A stretch of DNA of 64,000 nucleotides from Balanoglossus misakiensis (GCA_040954595.2 CM082578.2:16662998-16726997); one strand, 5' to 3'. Counted from the first letter of the stretch, positions 41,325 through 56,330 are shown. A program made the numbers and translations. Notes: a model not told the origin generated them from the letters alone.

Positions 41325-44144
41325 GATTCACTTAAGTAGGGGAAAATAAGAGAAATGCAGATAAACTTGATAGTTTCAAAAGAGGAAGCTAATAGAATTT
41401 CATAGTTTCCAACAAACAGAAAATTCACATTATGTGATTACGATATACAATTTATGATCGGCGATTTTTTCTAGTACCAATCATATTTATATCACTGTTT
41501 GATGCGAGACTCGGCTGCATTCGGAAATGACGCAAAACTCGCGCAAAGAGACTACATTTGAGAGCAATTATCTTCTTTCATACATCTGTAAATTGTTTAT
41601 GAATGTCATATCATATTGATTCAAACTTATACAGATACTGGTACGACAAAATGCTCGACATCAATCAATTTGAAGGAAGAGTACAGTTTCATGTTGCTCA
41701 AAGCGTCAACATGTTCGAAACACGAGTCGGCATATATATCTCCACAGACATTTATGTAAAATAAAATTTCCTCGTCAACCGATTCTTGTTGTTTGCATAG
41801 CGCCATCTACCGTACGCGTTTGCTGACACTTTTGTTATGACTTCGTTTTACAGCGATGGTCAAATGGTCCGGGCCACGTTTGAAATTAGGGGATACAAGC
41901 ATCAATTGAAGAAACACTTGGGTTGAACTGTTCATGTAATTTGCACAGACACCATCACCAGAGAGAACCTGTTGTAATTTGAATTAGTATGACCGACTAA
42001 GTATTTAGTACAACTGTCATGTACGGTTGTTTTGACTTTCTTTGTATTGTGTTGGTTGTATGGCACTTTTGTCATCTTGATGATCAGCCATTTAGAAGCG
42101 ATTGTAACATAATATGGATATCGGGCTTCTGTGATGGGGTTATGGTTGTTAATTGTAACTTCATACAATAATTTCTTTTACTATTGTAGACGATAGAGGG
42201 CGTCAATAAAATAGCTGGCAGTATCACCCAAATGATTGGAATCATAGTTAGTCTTGAGTGTCGAATTATCCAGTCTTAAACATTATACAATGTCATTATG
42301 AAGTGTTACACAGTGACTCCAACAAACTAAATCTACTCAATATTATATAATTTAATATTTCCATAATGATACATGTTTTTTCAATGGCTGTGAAAGGGAC
42401 CAGAGTTGTCAGGTTAGTCTCTAATGCTGCAGGTTCAAACTGAAGTGGATACATCTTAGTCAAATCAGGTGTGGAGTTAGGCACTGTCTTTAGCTTTGGC
42501 GATCGTTTTCTAGACTCGACAAGGGGTTTAAAGGTTCACAATTTCAAGTTGGCGGTTGTATGAGGTCATTTTGCTGGCTTGTGTAGCGTAAGTAATTATA
42601 ATCACTATGGCCGCAGGTTCAAGACTGGCATTGACATTTTATCTATTAGATCTTTCGACCAGTAGTTAAAAATTAAACCCTTACTCTTAATTATATCTTG
42701 CAGGGGTGGCTGGGGCATATGAATAACGTTTCTTGGTCAGTTAATCGCCTGTGACATGAGCCAGGAAATGCGCACTCTTGGTCATAGTCAACAATTTAAA
42801 ATGGAGAACTTTTGGCACTTACGTTGTTTATAAAATAATCCCTTAATGTTGTACGGCCATTAGTAATGGCCACAAGAAAACTTTCACAGTAATTCATTGT
42901 TTCAATGGGTGTATAACAGGTGGAATCGTTGTTTAACAGTTTGGTCCCTGTTTTATTGGATCTTTATTGCATTGGCAACTATAAAAGCAGAATCAATATG
43001 AGTTTTAGTTTGTAAGGAAAGTAATGGATTAAATTAGTGATGAGGTGGCTGTATAAATTTCCGTGAGTTCTGAACACCAAATTAAACAAGATATTTATTT
43101 CTTAGTGAACGTAACTTGGGTAAGAGCATTTGAGACACGCATTCATATTTTTGACATAGAACACTCATGATTCACGTTCAGGTTGTTATGGCTGTACATT
43201 TTATTATTATGTTACAACTTTATGGGTTCTTTAAACTTCAATGTTTTGCCGCCTTCATTGCAAGTTTCACCTCGCCAGGCCGGGATATGCCGGAATCGAT
43301 CTTCTTGGGTTGTGTTATTTCATGCGGTCTTCAAATGATCATTATATAGTGGTTTATATTCATCCCTGATTCAGATTGATCCCATATTGCATTGATCACC
43401 AGATCACTGAATTAATTAACAGAGTGAATGACAAGAGCATGCCCAAATTAGATTGCACACTATGCCTTCCTGATCACTATCTGGACCCAAGCAAACATAA
43501 TTTAGCACCGTTTATACAAGATTTGGAGATCATGGACAGGAATTACTGTGTGTATCCTGAACACAACACGAAATATGACGTATTTCGAAATGAATAATCC
43601 ATTCAGCAGAACAAAGAGCGCCACGCAATGAATCAGATTTCAAATGAATATTTCATCTTGAGCTGGAGAATAATCTATACATGTACATATTGAATGATTG
43701 CGTGAAACTGCCCTACATGTATATGGTAAACATCTGATGTAAGGATTAGCTAATTAATTTATGTGTATACGTTCTTCAACTTTTGATGTGTGTATTCATA
43801 AGTCTGACCATTGCCTGGCGTCCGTGATTGAAGTCGGAAAATGAAGAGAGTGTTCGCTGGTCAAAATCAAGCAAAGCATATTAAATCACGTATCAGTTTT
43901 CTATCGCATCACACACTCATGTATCATTAAAGATTTGGTACTTAAGAGGGGATTACTAGCAAAGCCTGTTTATAATACCGGTACATATACTGACGCCAAA
44001 CTATAGTAACACCAAGGAAAGATTCAGAAACTCTAGTGTTTTCATTATTTATACCAGAAAAGTCATCAATCCGAATGCTCTATGGCAACGTCAATATGCT
44101 ATCTAACATACCAAGTCTTAACTTCGTAAAATTGATAACGTACA

Positions 44145-44211
44145 GGGGAGAGGGGGTGGAGGGGGAAGTCTAGTGTGACGTCAAGAAAAGTGGGGAGAAT
44201 CTGACGTCAGA
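44145..44211. promoter_or_regulatory. Candidate enhancer: G-rich tract plus two full CRE palindromes (TGACGTCA)
   Basis: TGACGTCA at 44176-44183 and 44202-44209, 26 bp apart, after ggggagagggggtggaggggg. It could alternatively be the interior of a decayed MITE. Confidence 0.35.
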
Positions 44212-45454
44212 CTGTAAGGTCAGAGAGGGAACAATGATGGAAGGAGGAAGGTCTGCACAATCAACAGGCCACAAAATAATGGTGAAAGTGAAGTTCATAT
44301 GCAATGTACTGCTTTAAAAGTAAAAAAAAACAATAGCTTGATAAGTTTCAGCTACACATGAAAATGGATAAGTATAAACGTTGAATTTCAAAATTATCTG
44401 TAAGTGCAGCTTAGAGAGAGAATAAGTAAATGGGAAATTGTTCAGAAACATCCTAGAACCTAGGAGAGCTTATTGGAGCCTAATCTGTACGGGCAATCGC
44501 GAGTCATGACATTTCTACTTAGAGCCCTTATTGGGATGCTCCAAATTAAAGGAATGGTCATAGTCACTTTGCCCATAAAATCAGATGAGATTCTGTCGCT
44601 CTCTTTATAATGCCAGTGCCATAGTAATCATGGTATGCGTAGTGGTGTAAAGTATTGTTAGTGTGACATTGAAATTTATTATGGTGATATTATGTTTTAT
44701 ATGTCTCTGTTTTATCGCTCGTTCCTGGCACTCTTATATGGACACTATGACACCCACAGCATCCTGAGACCTTGTGTAATCATGGACAAGACTCAGGATT
44801 GTTGAAAACAAGGAAAGCAAATCGAGCAGGAACCCACGCAGTACCGTAGATGTTTCCAGGGATGTTAAATTAATTTTGTGACATAAATATTCCACTTCAA
44901 AGAAATATTAATTGAATTTGAGTTGTAAATAGAGTCCATGCCAGTGATCAACAAACTGAACGTCATTTTTTCAATACACTTATAAACACCAAAACTAGAC
45001 ATACCGGTACATGTAAGGATTCAATGGAAGATTGTATCATGAAAATACCCCCGGCATTAATGACTTTGTGTGTGAAAATGTCTTACCCACAGGATAAAAT
45101 GTATATGGAAAATCTTTGGTCTAGATCTGATTTATTGTGAAACGTATTGTCACATGACTGATTATTCACTGAAGTATTCATGGTGCATTTCTTGAATGGA
45201 AAGTCTTGAATGGAAATGATGGAGATAATCCCTGGTTGTTTTGACATTGATCGTGATGAATCAAGGCATCGCTGATACATGAAGCACGGAGAGACATATA
45301 TCGGCTTCAGTAGTCTTATGTATGGACTCTGTCATCCGTGTATTTATCAGCCTAATGGGCATAAAATTGTTATCTCCGAACAGATGATCGATGTGTTCTT
45401 TGAATGAAATAGAAGAGCGGCCTTCCCGAACCCCTGGGCTCATCATATATCTCC

Positions 45455-45542
45455 TGAGAATGTCTGCTTGCTTTAGAGTCACCAGTTTTATTTGTATGAG
45501 AATGTCTGCTTGCTTTAGAGTCACCATGCAGTTTTATTTGTA
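45455..45542. repeat. 42-bp tandem duplication
   Basis: tgagaatgtctgcttgctttagagtcaccagttttatttgta occurs twice; the second copy has a 4-nt insertion (tgca). Confidence 0.92.
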
Positions 45543-45964
45543 AGGCAATATCTCCAAACGACATAGAGTAATTGACTCTCTACCGTATACCGGTACGTGA
45601 CGGTCAAGGTTGAGAAGGAGGTGGTGCTGCTCAGCTGTGCGACCCGGCATCCTGATTCTCAGACCAATCAGAAAAATAAAAGTTTCATCACCAAATTAAT
45701 GGAAACGTATTCAGGAAACACTACTGCAACCGACAGGAACCTGGAATCCATTCTTGCCCTCACGAAGCGCAGTGTCTCGGAGGCATACGTGCATGTCTTT
45801 GCGTCAGTGGCGTAGTCTTGACAGGATCAAGTTGAAAATGGCCGCCGGGGAGGAGGCTTTGGCCTTGCAAAACACGACCGTATACATGGCATGAATAAAC
45901 ATAACTGGTGTGACATTGTTTCAGTGTTTTATCTTAATTTCACGTTAAAAGATGACGTGGCGCA

Positions 45965-46200
45965 TTGTTATTGTTGTTGTTGTTGGTGTGTGTGTGTGGA
46001 TGGTTGGATTTGGTTTTGGCTGGCTGACTCCCTTACTGACTGACTGACTCACTCACTGGTTGATCGATTCTTTGACTATTTCACTCACTTACTCACTGAG
46101 TAGTGAAAGAGTGTTACGGTTGGATGTCTGAGTATGTCCTGGTTGAGTGAGCCTGGGTAGCTGGCTAGATGGATGAGTGGGCTGATGGACGCATGCATGG
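45965..46200. repeat. Decayed compound simple-repeat region: (TTG)n, (GT)n, (GACT/CACT)n, (GGAT/GAGT/GGCT)n
   Basis: Successive short-period tracts with persistent 4-nt periodicity. Confidence 0.75.
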
Positions 46201-49200
46201 AAACATTCACATAGTTCTCATGCCTATAGTTCATTGACAAACCCAGACCCAATCACGATGATTCCAATTTTGTATGCTCGACGAGAGAAGGGGGTTGAGG
46301 AAGTGCTGGGTAGGGCGCACAACAGACATTACTCCAATTATTGCCACTGATTGTGCAAATTGACTTCAACAATTGTCAATATGTCCATCGGGCATTCCGT
46401 GCGCAGCCTTGTAGAATACTGATAATGATGTCGCTGCCTTGGTAAATAGAGGAAAACTCACAGAAATAACACTGGCTGGCATTTTTTTCTATCACCTTCT
46501 GGTTATCGACAAGTATAAATTATACATTCTGGACATGCAGAAATACTCTAGTCGCTATTAGTCAATTTTTTGGGCAGAATCTAACATGCAAACAGTGTCT
46601 AACTCTGGGGTGAAGGTATGTACCGGGTATAGTCGCACTTTTTATTGATTTTACAGATGAAGTGGTGTTTGATTTACGTCAGTGTTACAGATGTCCCCGA
46701 GAAAGTCAAGTAAACCTCGGGGGCCTTATTAAGGTTCATCTACAGTAGGTGTAAACAGAAATGTGTCATATTACATATTACCTTCTAAGACTGGTGGACC
46801 CCTTAGTTAGCCACCTGGCACCTCTTTTATGGCATATGCCTTCTTTGTTTCGGGACCATACGAATATCACCTAAATGCTGATGTTAGTTAAAAGCTATTT
46901 ACTGTAACTTTATAAGAACAACATGGGAAATTGATAACATCATTCAAACGATGTCCGAGAGTGACTGATTGATTTTTAAAATGTTAAATGTTTAAACGCT
47001 TGAAGCCTACATGTCCTTTCAATAGGCAGTTGAACATGGACATGTATTTAACATTAAATAGTTAAGCATCTACTCCAAATAAAAAGATTATGTGTCAAAT
47101 AAAATTTGATGAAAATCACACAAGTCTTGGTACAATATAATGTGATAATACAAGGTATATATATGATGGCATATTTCTGCATTATTGCAACAAGTTTTCA
47201 CCTTGCGCTTCGCAAGGCTTTTTCCACAAATGTCAGGTGAGATGCCAAGGACTTGCTTAGATCTACCTCTAGCATTGCTTTGGGTTACTCATATTTTTGT
47301 GAGTGAAGGAAGCCTTTTTTGTGTTCTTTAGTCGAATGAATGTGAATCCTTTGAACCGTTTACCATCAAGACTGCCGCAGATATTCATTGACTTTCAGAC
47401 CTCTCCTGGCAAATATTGCTATTGCCAAACTCATTGAAAGGAGGAGAGAGACAGCTTGTCGCCATATCAACACATATACCGGTATATGCAGAAGAGGAAG
47501 TAAATATAGTACTTTTGTGTTTAGATTCAGACGGAATACATTGTACCTGCGTGGTCTCTTTCTCCGTAACATGAATTTTTCAAAACGATCCGACAGTTAA
47601 TTCGGGAGAATGAAAGTCATCATCCCTTTCTCTTCCAACTATGTGATTTAGCGAAGTTTTGATGGTTGTTGGCACCTATTAAACCACTGAACCATGGCAT
47701 AGTTTTTTAGTCAGTCCAATTAAATTGCCGTAATTGAAAGTCGTAAATAGGATGTCAATTATAAAAGAAGTTCGTGCCCATTATTCTGCTCCATAAAACT
47801 TTGGTAGACTAACTCTTAAATACACCTTCCATGTCTATCAAACATGTGAAAGTGAGAAATATGTAAGCGAGTTTCATGGTAAAATCTTATCTGAGAAGTA
47901 AACTTGCCGCCATAAAATGTTATTTTAATTGCATGTGTACCGCTGATAATATTGTAGTCCGTGGCAACATAAAATCAGTATTTTCATTTGTGTCATTCAA
48001 ATGAAATAAAACTAGTCCCTATTTATTACTAATACAATATTACATTCATGAATTGTATATGCCAACAATTTCCTCCAAACTGTTTTGATGTGCTTGTGAA
48101 AGTACTGCGGCAGAATACACCGCATCACTCATGGAAATAACTTCTGTACAGCACAGGTCAAGGAGTTCTAGCATATACTATTTTACTCTTATTTCAAAAT
48201 CACGATAACTGCCAATTTACTGTATTAAAATCATGAATAAAACCTCCCTCCTGAGAGCATGTATTCTAATCTACGATCATGTTTGTAAAATTGGAGTGCA
48301 CATCTAGGGTGCCTCTCTCATTTTCCCTTATCTCATGATCTCATGATTGATAAGTCGTTCTAAGATATAACCCCTCGAATCATTTACAGGCCAGTGTGAG
48401 CGTGACATTCAGGGGATGCGATAGAAAACACAATGACAGCAAAGCACAGAGATTTAATATACTATGAATGCAACCTTGAATATGTATCTTGTTACAAGTT
48501 CTAGATTTTTCTCTTTTGGCAACGGTTACCATCATATTTGATAATGGGCTGAAGAGAAAAAAACGGGTGACACGAGTCATAAAGCATCAAAATTGAAAAT
48601 AGGTTTTGTGTTGAGCAAATATGTGTCTCCCTTTTATTTCTTAATTGACGTCCATTGCACACTTTATCGCAAATATTGTCAACGCAACACTTATTCCTTA
48701 ATGGTCTCTTTACCTGCCCTGATTCTACCGCTGGCTGCGCTTTTTTGATGATTATGGTCAGATACACAATATAAAGCTGTTGCTGAAAACAACATATTTG
48801 ATCTTTTCGGACATCATTTACATACCCGGCACTTGAATGCAAGCTGGAATGCAAAGACCCTATGAAGTAATTGGCTAACACGTTATTCAAGGCAGCTGTA
48901 CAATGAAGCCATTCTTTCCATTATACTAGATAATTGTCACATTTTGTAGCTACATGTATTTTATCTTGTCGAAATTAAACTTTGTGGAGGAAATCTATTG
49001 TTAATTGACAAGAAAGTTGTACATGCGCAGTACCGGTGGTGGCCTGTCTTCAAATAATTCTATCCAAATAAGAACTGCATCCACATATGGTGGATCATAG
49101 ACAAAAGTATTTATACGGTCTTATGGGGTTCAACCTATGTCTAGTACGTTTATTTCACAATTGAAGATCTGTTTTCAAGTTTGCCCCTAAACACGATTAA

Positions 49201-52200
49201 CATGAACAAATGTGGAACGTATTAGAATGAAATATTTATCAGGCTTCGAAGGGGCATAATATAGAATTAATATTAATCCCAAACATGAGCCACCGGGTCG
49301 AAATGAAAGAAATGAATCTCTGTCTTCTTATATTCATTCATTTGTCTGATCGTCATAAACTGGGCCCCTTTTCTTAGAATAGAAAGAATAAGTTAACACA
49401 ATGAGCCCAGCTATCGACATGGGATGTGGATATATAACCTTCCGAATACCGCGCAATGCCTTGTTCGGGTTGTCATGGCAACCTCGTAGTCATCGCAATT
49501 TGATCAGGAGCAGATGGTGCGAGAATTTATTTCGCGTGAATACGAGCGTTTGTATATTTCTTCGATACTATCGCCATTTGATAAGAGCAGACAGAAGGTT
49601 TTCCTGTGACAAAAAAACTCCAATTGACCCTTGTGACCTCAAATGGTTCTATGACACGCACCAAATACTTGGCGTTGTTGAACCTTCGTAAAAGAATACA
49701 CGTGCGTTTCCGTTTTGATAATGTACATATAATGTACAGTCGTCTCACACAAAGTATGCCCGGTTTTCAATATGCTAAATACATCAATTGCTTATTCGAC
49801 ACACAATTTAACAATTACCTGACTGAATGGAGGTAATTTGTAATGGTTGAAATAGCACATTGTTAGGATTCTGTTTATTTGGATGCAGGTGTGTGTTCAC
49901 CTTGACAGCGCACGAGTCTCTCTGTGATTTACCGTCTAATGTGGACATAATATTCGGTGTGCAATAAAAATTCCGGGTGTGCGAACGGAAGAGAAAACAC
50001 CCACCACTTCAGACACAAGAGTTGAAATATTGATCGAGTTAAGATATTGGCAAAAATGAGCTTTTTGAAATATTGTAACTCGAACTCACGCCAACAATTT
50101 GTTAGATATGGAGAAAAGGTTGAACGTGGTTTGTGATGAAAATTTTGGCTGGATCAAAGAGAAATGTTCGCCTCTTGTGTATCTGGAAGTTCTACTGTTG
50201 ATCACAACTTTAATGATGTATTGAGGAGAGTGATGGGTACGGTCATGCAGCAATTGAGAAACTAATTAACACACTGGATGTCAAAATGATGGCCCATGAT
50301 GTACTAAGGCCAACAGCAGTTGTGTATACAGGAATTAATTTGGTCGAAATAATGATACCATCCCTCGGTACGCGCCTTAAGGACAGATTGTCGTTCACGC
50401 TTACTCGTTTCCCGAACCCCACACTCGGTAAAGGTGCTCTCGGGCCAAGAGGTCGGGTCTTCGGGTCCAGATTCGCGTCATAAAATGTATTATATGAGAT
50501 TATATGCATGTTATGTTGTGTTTCGATTTGCGGAAATGAGATATTTAAAAGCAATTTGTCTTGCAGCACTGTGGCAAGAGCTTAAAACAGTGATGTCGCC
50601 ATAGTTATCCAAAGGCCAGGCTTATACTTAACATGGGACCAAAAAACAATCCATTACTGATATGTTTGAAACAAGTGGTGGGTAACATTAGCTGCAATAG
50701 TCTGACAAACTTTGACCCTGATAGTCGTCCTATCTAAAACCTTTAATCCATTTGGTTTTACATTAAACGTCCCATTCTAATACCAGTATTAGGCAACTAG
50801 ATTAACGTTGGGTAGCACAGAGGATGACTCGCTTTACACATTATCCTATTTTGACCGAGGTCAGATGAGCAATTAGCAATCTTTGGTGTCATCGACAACA
50901 TGTTGACTAGAGAAACCCTGTTGTTCACTTTGAAATCTGTTAGGCCAGTGACGAATTTCTAATCAAGGTGATGAACATTTATCAAAGTATCTGCTAAACT
51001 TGTAGATCACCTGTGTTGTCATAGTGTTAAAAAATCATACACTTAGCTCAGATCTAAGATCATTTTTGTTCACATATTACTATTTTTTGGCAACACACAT
51101 CCTTCATACAATTAACATTTGATTTTAATGGAGCTTTCTATCTCGACTCGTTGTTGTACTTGTCCAATGTTTCCAAGTTCTAAACACATTCAAGGCTAAT
51201 TACACAGTGGTTGGTGGCCAAAGAAAGTCTGTCAAAGTCTTGTTTTCCTGCACTTCTTTCTAATTCCTATAGACGTGCCCTTGTCCCTTTTGAACTAGTC
51301 AACTACTCGGGGAAAATTGTTGACGTGTCCTTCAGATTCTTTCTGATAATTTGATTTGCGGTGGCGGATTGGATGAGTGCGCAAGAGTGTCGCAGAAATG
51401 GAACACGCTTCGAGAGGATCAACTACTCATTGGTCAGTTTCTAAACGAATGTGTCCTTTTCTCAATGTTTTCTCGGTGTGATACAGACCTAAAACAACTG
51501 TCACAAGAACTAGGCATGATAAAGGAGATGTCTCGGTAAGGTTTCAAATTTGTGAATTCAGTGTGTCCGATTTTGGTACGATTCTGCCATTAAGACATCA
51601 TCTTCTCTTGAGGAATGGTGCAGCTGTAAGGCATTTTTCTGTAGTGACGAATATTGTCTCCCCAACCTGATTAACCTTGACACCTCATTGCATCCGGCAG
51701 CTCGGCCCACCGGGATAATTTGTTGGCAGTGTCAATTATAGCATTACGCCGTTGATCTTTTAATCTCGATGACAACCGGGAGCTTTTCGTCTTCTTGAGT
51801 TTGGTGACAACTGCTGTTTTTCACCTTGTAACTAAATTATATTGATTGTCATCAAACTTGGCCGAAAGGATGTCCTAGAAATCACTTTGTACCCCCTAAT
51901 TTCTATGTCAATGTGTAGTCGATATCCTTCAACATTCTGCTCAGCTTGGGCACAAGTCTTTTCAAATATACATCAAGAATAGGATCGAAGCAAATTCGAG
52001 CGTACACCTTTGCCGATCGTTACACACAGCACTCTTTTTATCATTAATAGCCATCTTCACTTGACGTATTTTTATGAGCAGTTATTTTTTGACAGATGGC
52101 TGTACATGCAGTCAGTATACCAACTTATGCACATGTACTTATAATGCGTTAATGCTCTTGCCCGCTTGGGAAAGAAGGAACTAGTACTTTTCTATGACTT

Positions 52201-53180
52201 AATATCACAGAGGTTATTTTTGTGGTGGCCTCCAGTGAAAAATCTTTGACTGGCAAGTAAGAAATATAAATAACCTGGGATCTAACCGAGAACTTAAAGG
52301 CTTTCGAGATCTGAATGCTTCTCAGCATCAGAAACAAATCGCTGTTTTGTAATGGCTGTGGGGCGTTGATAGAAAGAAAGTTTGATGTTCAACTACACTA
52401 CGGTGGGCAAAATCTCAGTATAAGGTAGGGATTCCTTCTAATGCAAAGGTCACTTACACATATTAATTGTACCATGCTTCAAAAACAAAGTGTTTGATGG
52501 TTTGGACAGTAAACAATACACTTGACACTGCAAACTAGTTTCTCTTCGTTGAACTCAAATTGGAAAAAAATGAGTCAAAGTGTAGCATCTCCACCAACAA
52601 CATTTAGCCGGATTCTCTATTACACTGATGTTTTGATTAGTGTGAATTAGACGTTGGGAACACACAGGAATGTCTGGAGGAGGTTACCCACGAGTTTTTC
52701 GATAACAGCAACACAAACTTTAGTTCAGAGACTGTCACTTCAAATAGAGGTCAACTCGTTAAATATACTGATAAATAAAGTGCCGATGGTACTAGATATG
52801 AAAGGGCAGTTGAATAGCATCGATAGAATCTATTTTACTGATTAATTCTCTGTTTCATTATGACAGACAGCATTTGCTGTAGCCAAAATATCTGGGCATG
52901 TACAGTTTATTTCCTGGGGAAATAACGGGAACGAAACGTGAGTTGCATGGTGTACCCATGAATCATGTGTCAATTCCCATAGAATATTTCAGCAGAAAGA
53001 ACTCCTTTAATATCATGCTGTCGTAACATGGAAAACAATGTCTATGAACTATTAAACATTGTATAAAGCATGTGAGATATGACTCGTATGCTTTGCTGTT
53101 TTATTATCATTCACAGTGCAATCAACCGCATCGAATACACGTTTCCGCTTTACCAGAACTTATTTCCTAGTACATTTCAG

Positions 53181-53258
53181 GTGAACAAGACCTCACAATT
53201 AATGCAGCAGGTTTCTTCAAATCTTGGCCACTGATCGGTTAGTCTGGCTGAGTACATG
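53181..53258 (+). other. Candidate upstream (5') exon of the plus-strand GPCR
   Basis: 78-nt segment flanked by acceptor tatttcctagtacatttcAG|G and donor ATG|GTAAGG, on the same strand as the GPCR and 3 kb upstream of its exon. Confidence 0.35.
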
Positions 53259-56200
53259 GTAAGGGGACAGACCTTTAATAGGGTGTATATATGTACAGCT
53301 GAATTTAACCATTATTGCTTTCCTGTCGCTTTAGAACACGGGGCTAAATTTTGTTCAAGAAACGAGTCATCTGCAAATCCGGGGTTTGTTGACGTTAAAT
53401 CATTTTCGTGAGTTATAATTTATCCAGAAAGGGGATAAGTATTAATTGCATCTCTATTAAAGTTGTGGTGGCCTTCGGCTTGCCAAGTGAGCTCGGCTAT
53501 TGGTTGACCCATAACCATTTCACAGACGCGCAGTCTATAGTAATAAGACGCAAAAAATCTTCACATTACTGCGAGTGTCTAATAACATACATTATCTCAG
53601 ATTCATTGCCGTAACCGATACGAACTCACATGATGCTGCCAATGTGGCTGGTTGATAAAATTAAACATAAGTTATCATCACCACATTGCACGTATTTCTC
53701 TGGGATTTGCATTAATCTTCCAAAAGAACATAAAAAGGAAGTGTTAGTGCGATGATTGACATCTCCGTTGACTTATGAAAATGTACCGATTGTCTCCATT
53801 GTTATTACTCTCTGATAAAGCGTTTATATGCCCATATCAATTGTCGCTGCCCATTCGAGCGCGAGAGTATCACGGTCACTTGGTAATCCGTCGTGTGACT
53901 GTTACCACCTTGGTGTCACTGACCCCGTTGGTACTAGTACTCTTCTGTGCCGTCATATGGTCGCCAGCCAATCGGTAATCAGTATGTAGTAATCATAGTG
54001 AATTGCCAGCTTGGAGGATGTGCACGAAAGTGCCGTAACAGACAGTGCACGCGCAGTTGAGTGATTCCGTTGTTGATTACAGGATGCACTGGTATAATGA
54101 ATATGTATTCCACTGTTGTATGGATTATCTCTCTACGTTTAAGTGTCAGAGACTATTTGGTCATGGTCGCTAGATAATCGGATATGTGACTGATATCACG
54201 TACATGCCTTTAGCGACACAATTGTAATTAAGTTTCCAGGGACAAAAAAAGTTTTGTAGTAGTCTGACCAGTGTACCTTCTAAACTAAATGCCATGACAC
54301 TGCTCTATCGCCGACCGTTTTTTAATAACGTGCAGCCAGCTGTCCTTGCAGAGTCAAACAGCATCAAAACTACATGTACATATTTGCACGACAGTCCGGT
54401 AAAACTGATTGTCTGCGCCCTGCATGTTACCGCATCCGTTTGACACAACCAGTTTTGCAAACCGCATAAAAATACACAATTTATCTGGTAGTCATGGGTA
54501 CCAGCTTCATAAATAAGTCATGATGTACGTTAAGATGTTATAAAAGTTGATTTGGCAATCATCAAAATGCCGCTTTAAAATCATTCGCAGCCCATGCCAA
54601 GGTGTTGCGGATATTAAAACAGCTAGAATTTATGTAAGGAGAGAGCAGTTTCCGTAATCTTTGAGATAACTATGTCCCAACCCAAGAAACCACCACCTGC
54701 TTTTGGATACAGTCAATTACAAACAGGAGGGAGAAGCATGGATTTGTCACAATATTTCAAAGTCATCACAAATCATCCGAGCCAATTCAATGTAATTTAT
54801 TTTTCTGGCAGTGACAGCAGATGATGTCTCCATAAACTTGTAGAATCTGTAGCAAGTCATATTTGCTTTCCTAAGACCGACTTTCATTCAAACATATACT
54901 GTAACATATATTAAACATTGTAGACTTGTTCAAATCGGTTGAAATGTTGACGATTCAAGCTCGAGAGAGTCCAGCACGGCATGCGTAATTCCTGGAAAAA
55001 CATGTACAGTTCAATAACTCAATACGCACGAGACGTTGTTACGGCACCCCGCTGTTCAATATAATTGTACATATAGCGAGAGAGAGGGGGAAGTTGTTTG
55101 CAATAATTCAAGACCACAGCAGAACCCTGGCTCCTGCATTAAATGTGGTCTATTCTTTGCGTAAGTTATTTCATTAGCCTTCGCTATAAATCGTACTATG
55201 CCATTATCAAGCGAGACACCTCTACCACTCGGGTTGCGTTGCCACAGTTGCCATAGTGATGTGCACGTATACCGCCATAATTCCATGTCTCCCGTTTATG
55301 ACATGTTGTTAAGCCACATTTCGGCATCACCAGTAGGAATACTCATCCGGGAGTCGTATATTATTAATTAATTGAAATAGAATGATAGCATGTCGTGAGG
55401 GCAGTTGAAGTTTAATAAGAATGCAATTCAAAGAGGACCATTGGTAATTGTTGAATTGGCAGCTGTCCAGTGGTTGATCTGTCGTTTCCAAAATCGTCTG
55501 TGTTCTATGGTTGCTCCAAAGAGACCATGATATCATCATGTTAGGTTTGTGTTGTTTTTTTCTATTTTGTTCACCGTAGCCTATTACATTGTGTTTACTG
55601 GCGTTACTGTTGGTAGGACAGCTGGTGCTCCTATTCCAACGGTGACTTGGCAGCGGCAATTGAGTTTCCATGATACTTCTATATCAACGAATGCTTGACT
55701 AACTTGTTTACTTGAGTGCAAACTGTCATATAATCACTCTAAATATCAATATATTTTGGCCTTGCCCGGGTGGCCATGAGAATAAATTTTTTGCTGAATT
55801 CGCCTCAGAAAATCAGGCTCCCTTATTCCCCCACCCTGCACACGAACCCGGAACATCTTATTTGATTATAAAAAATGCAATGGCCATGTGGGGATGCGAT
55901 ATTTTGCATTTAAAATGTTAAAAGTATAGGCAAGGATATTCTGTAACACAACATAAAACTATCTGCTGGATACGAATTTGAGTCTTTCGGGTTTTTTTTA
56001 TTTCTTCAATGGCATTATCATAAATATTTAAGGATATGTCGTCACCATCTCTACATTTATCAGGATGCGCGCGTATCGAGAGTCGTGATTTAAGATTTGC
56101 ATATTGGGTTCAGCTTTCTATATTTCCATATATTTGATGTCTGTGTGTCGTCTGGCTTAGATAATGATGCTCTGTCATGTTGTAAAACTTTTGAGACAGG

Positions 56201-56295
56201 GTGACATAGGACGCTGATTGTGAGACAGAGATATTGCCTGAGACACTCTGCGTGTTCTTTGTGGCTGTTGCTCTAGAGACAGTCTTCAAACTATC

Positions 56296-56330
56296 TTCTG
56301 ATTTTATCCTTCTATTCATCTCCTTGACAG
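56296..56330 (+). promoter_or_regulatory. Strong 3' splice acceptor upstream of the plus-strand GPCR
   Basis: ttctgattttatccttctattcatctccttgacAG|A: CTGAT branch-like motif, long polypyrimidine tract and AG, 285 nt upstream of the first in-frame ATG. Confidence 0.55.

Noticed and set aside
42575-42630. tRNA or tRNA-derived SINE head (tagcgtaagt...ggttcaagac)
   Set aside because: It has A/B-box-like words but no cloverleaf, short spacing and no second copy seen.
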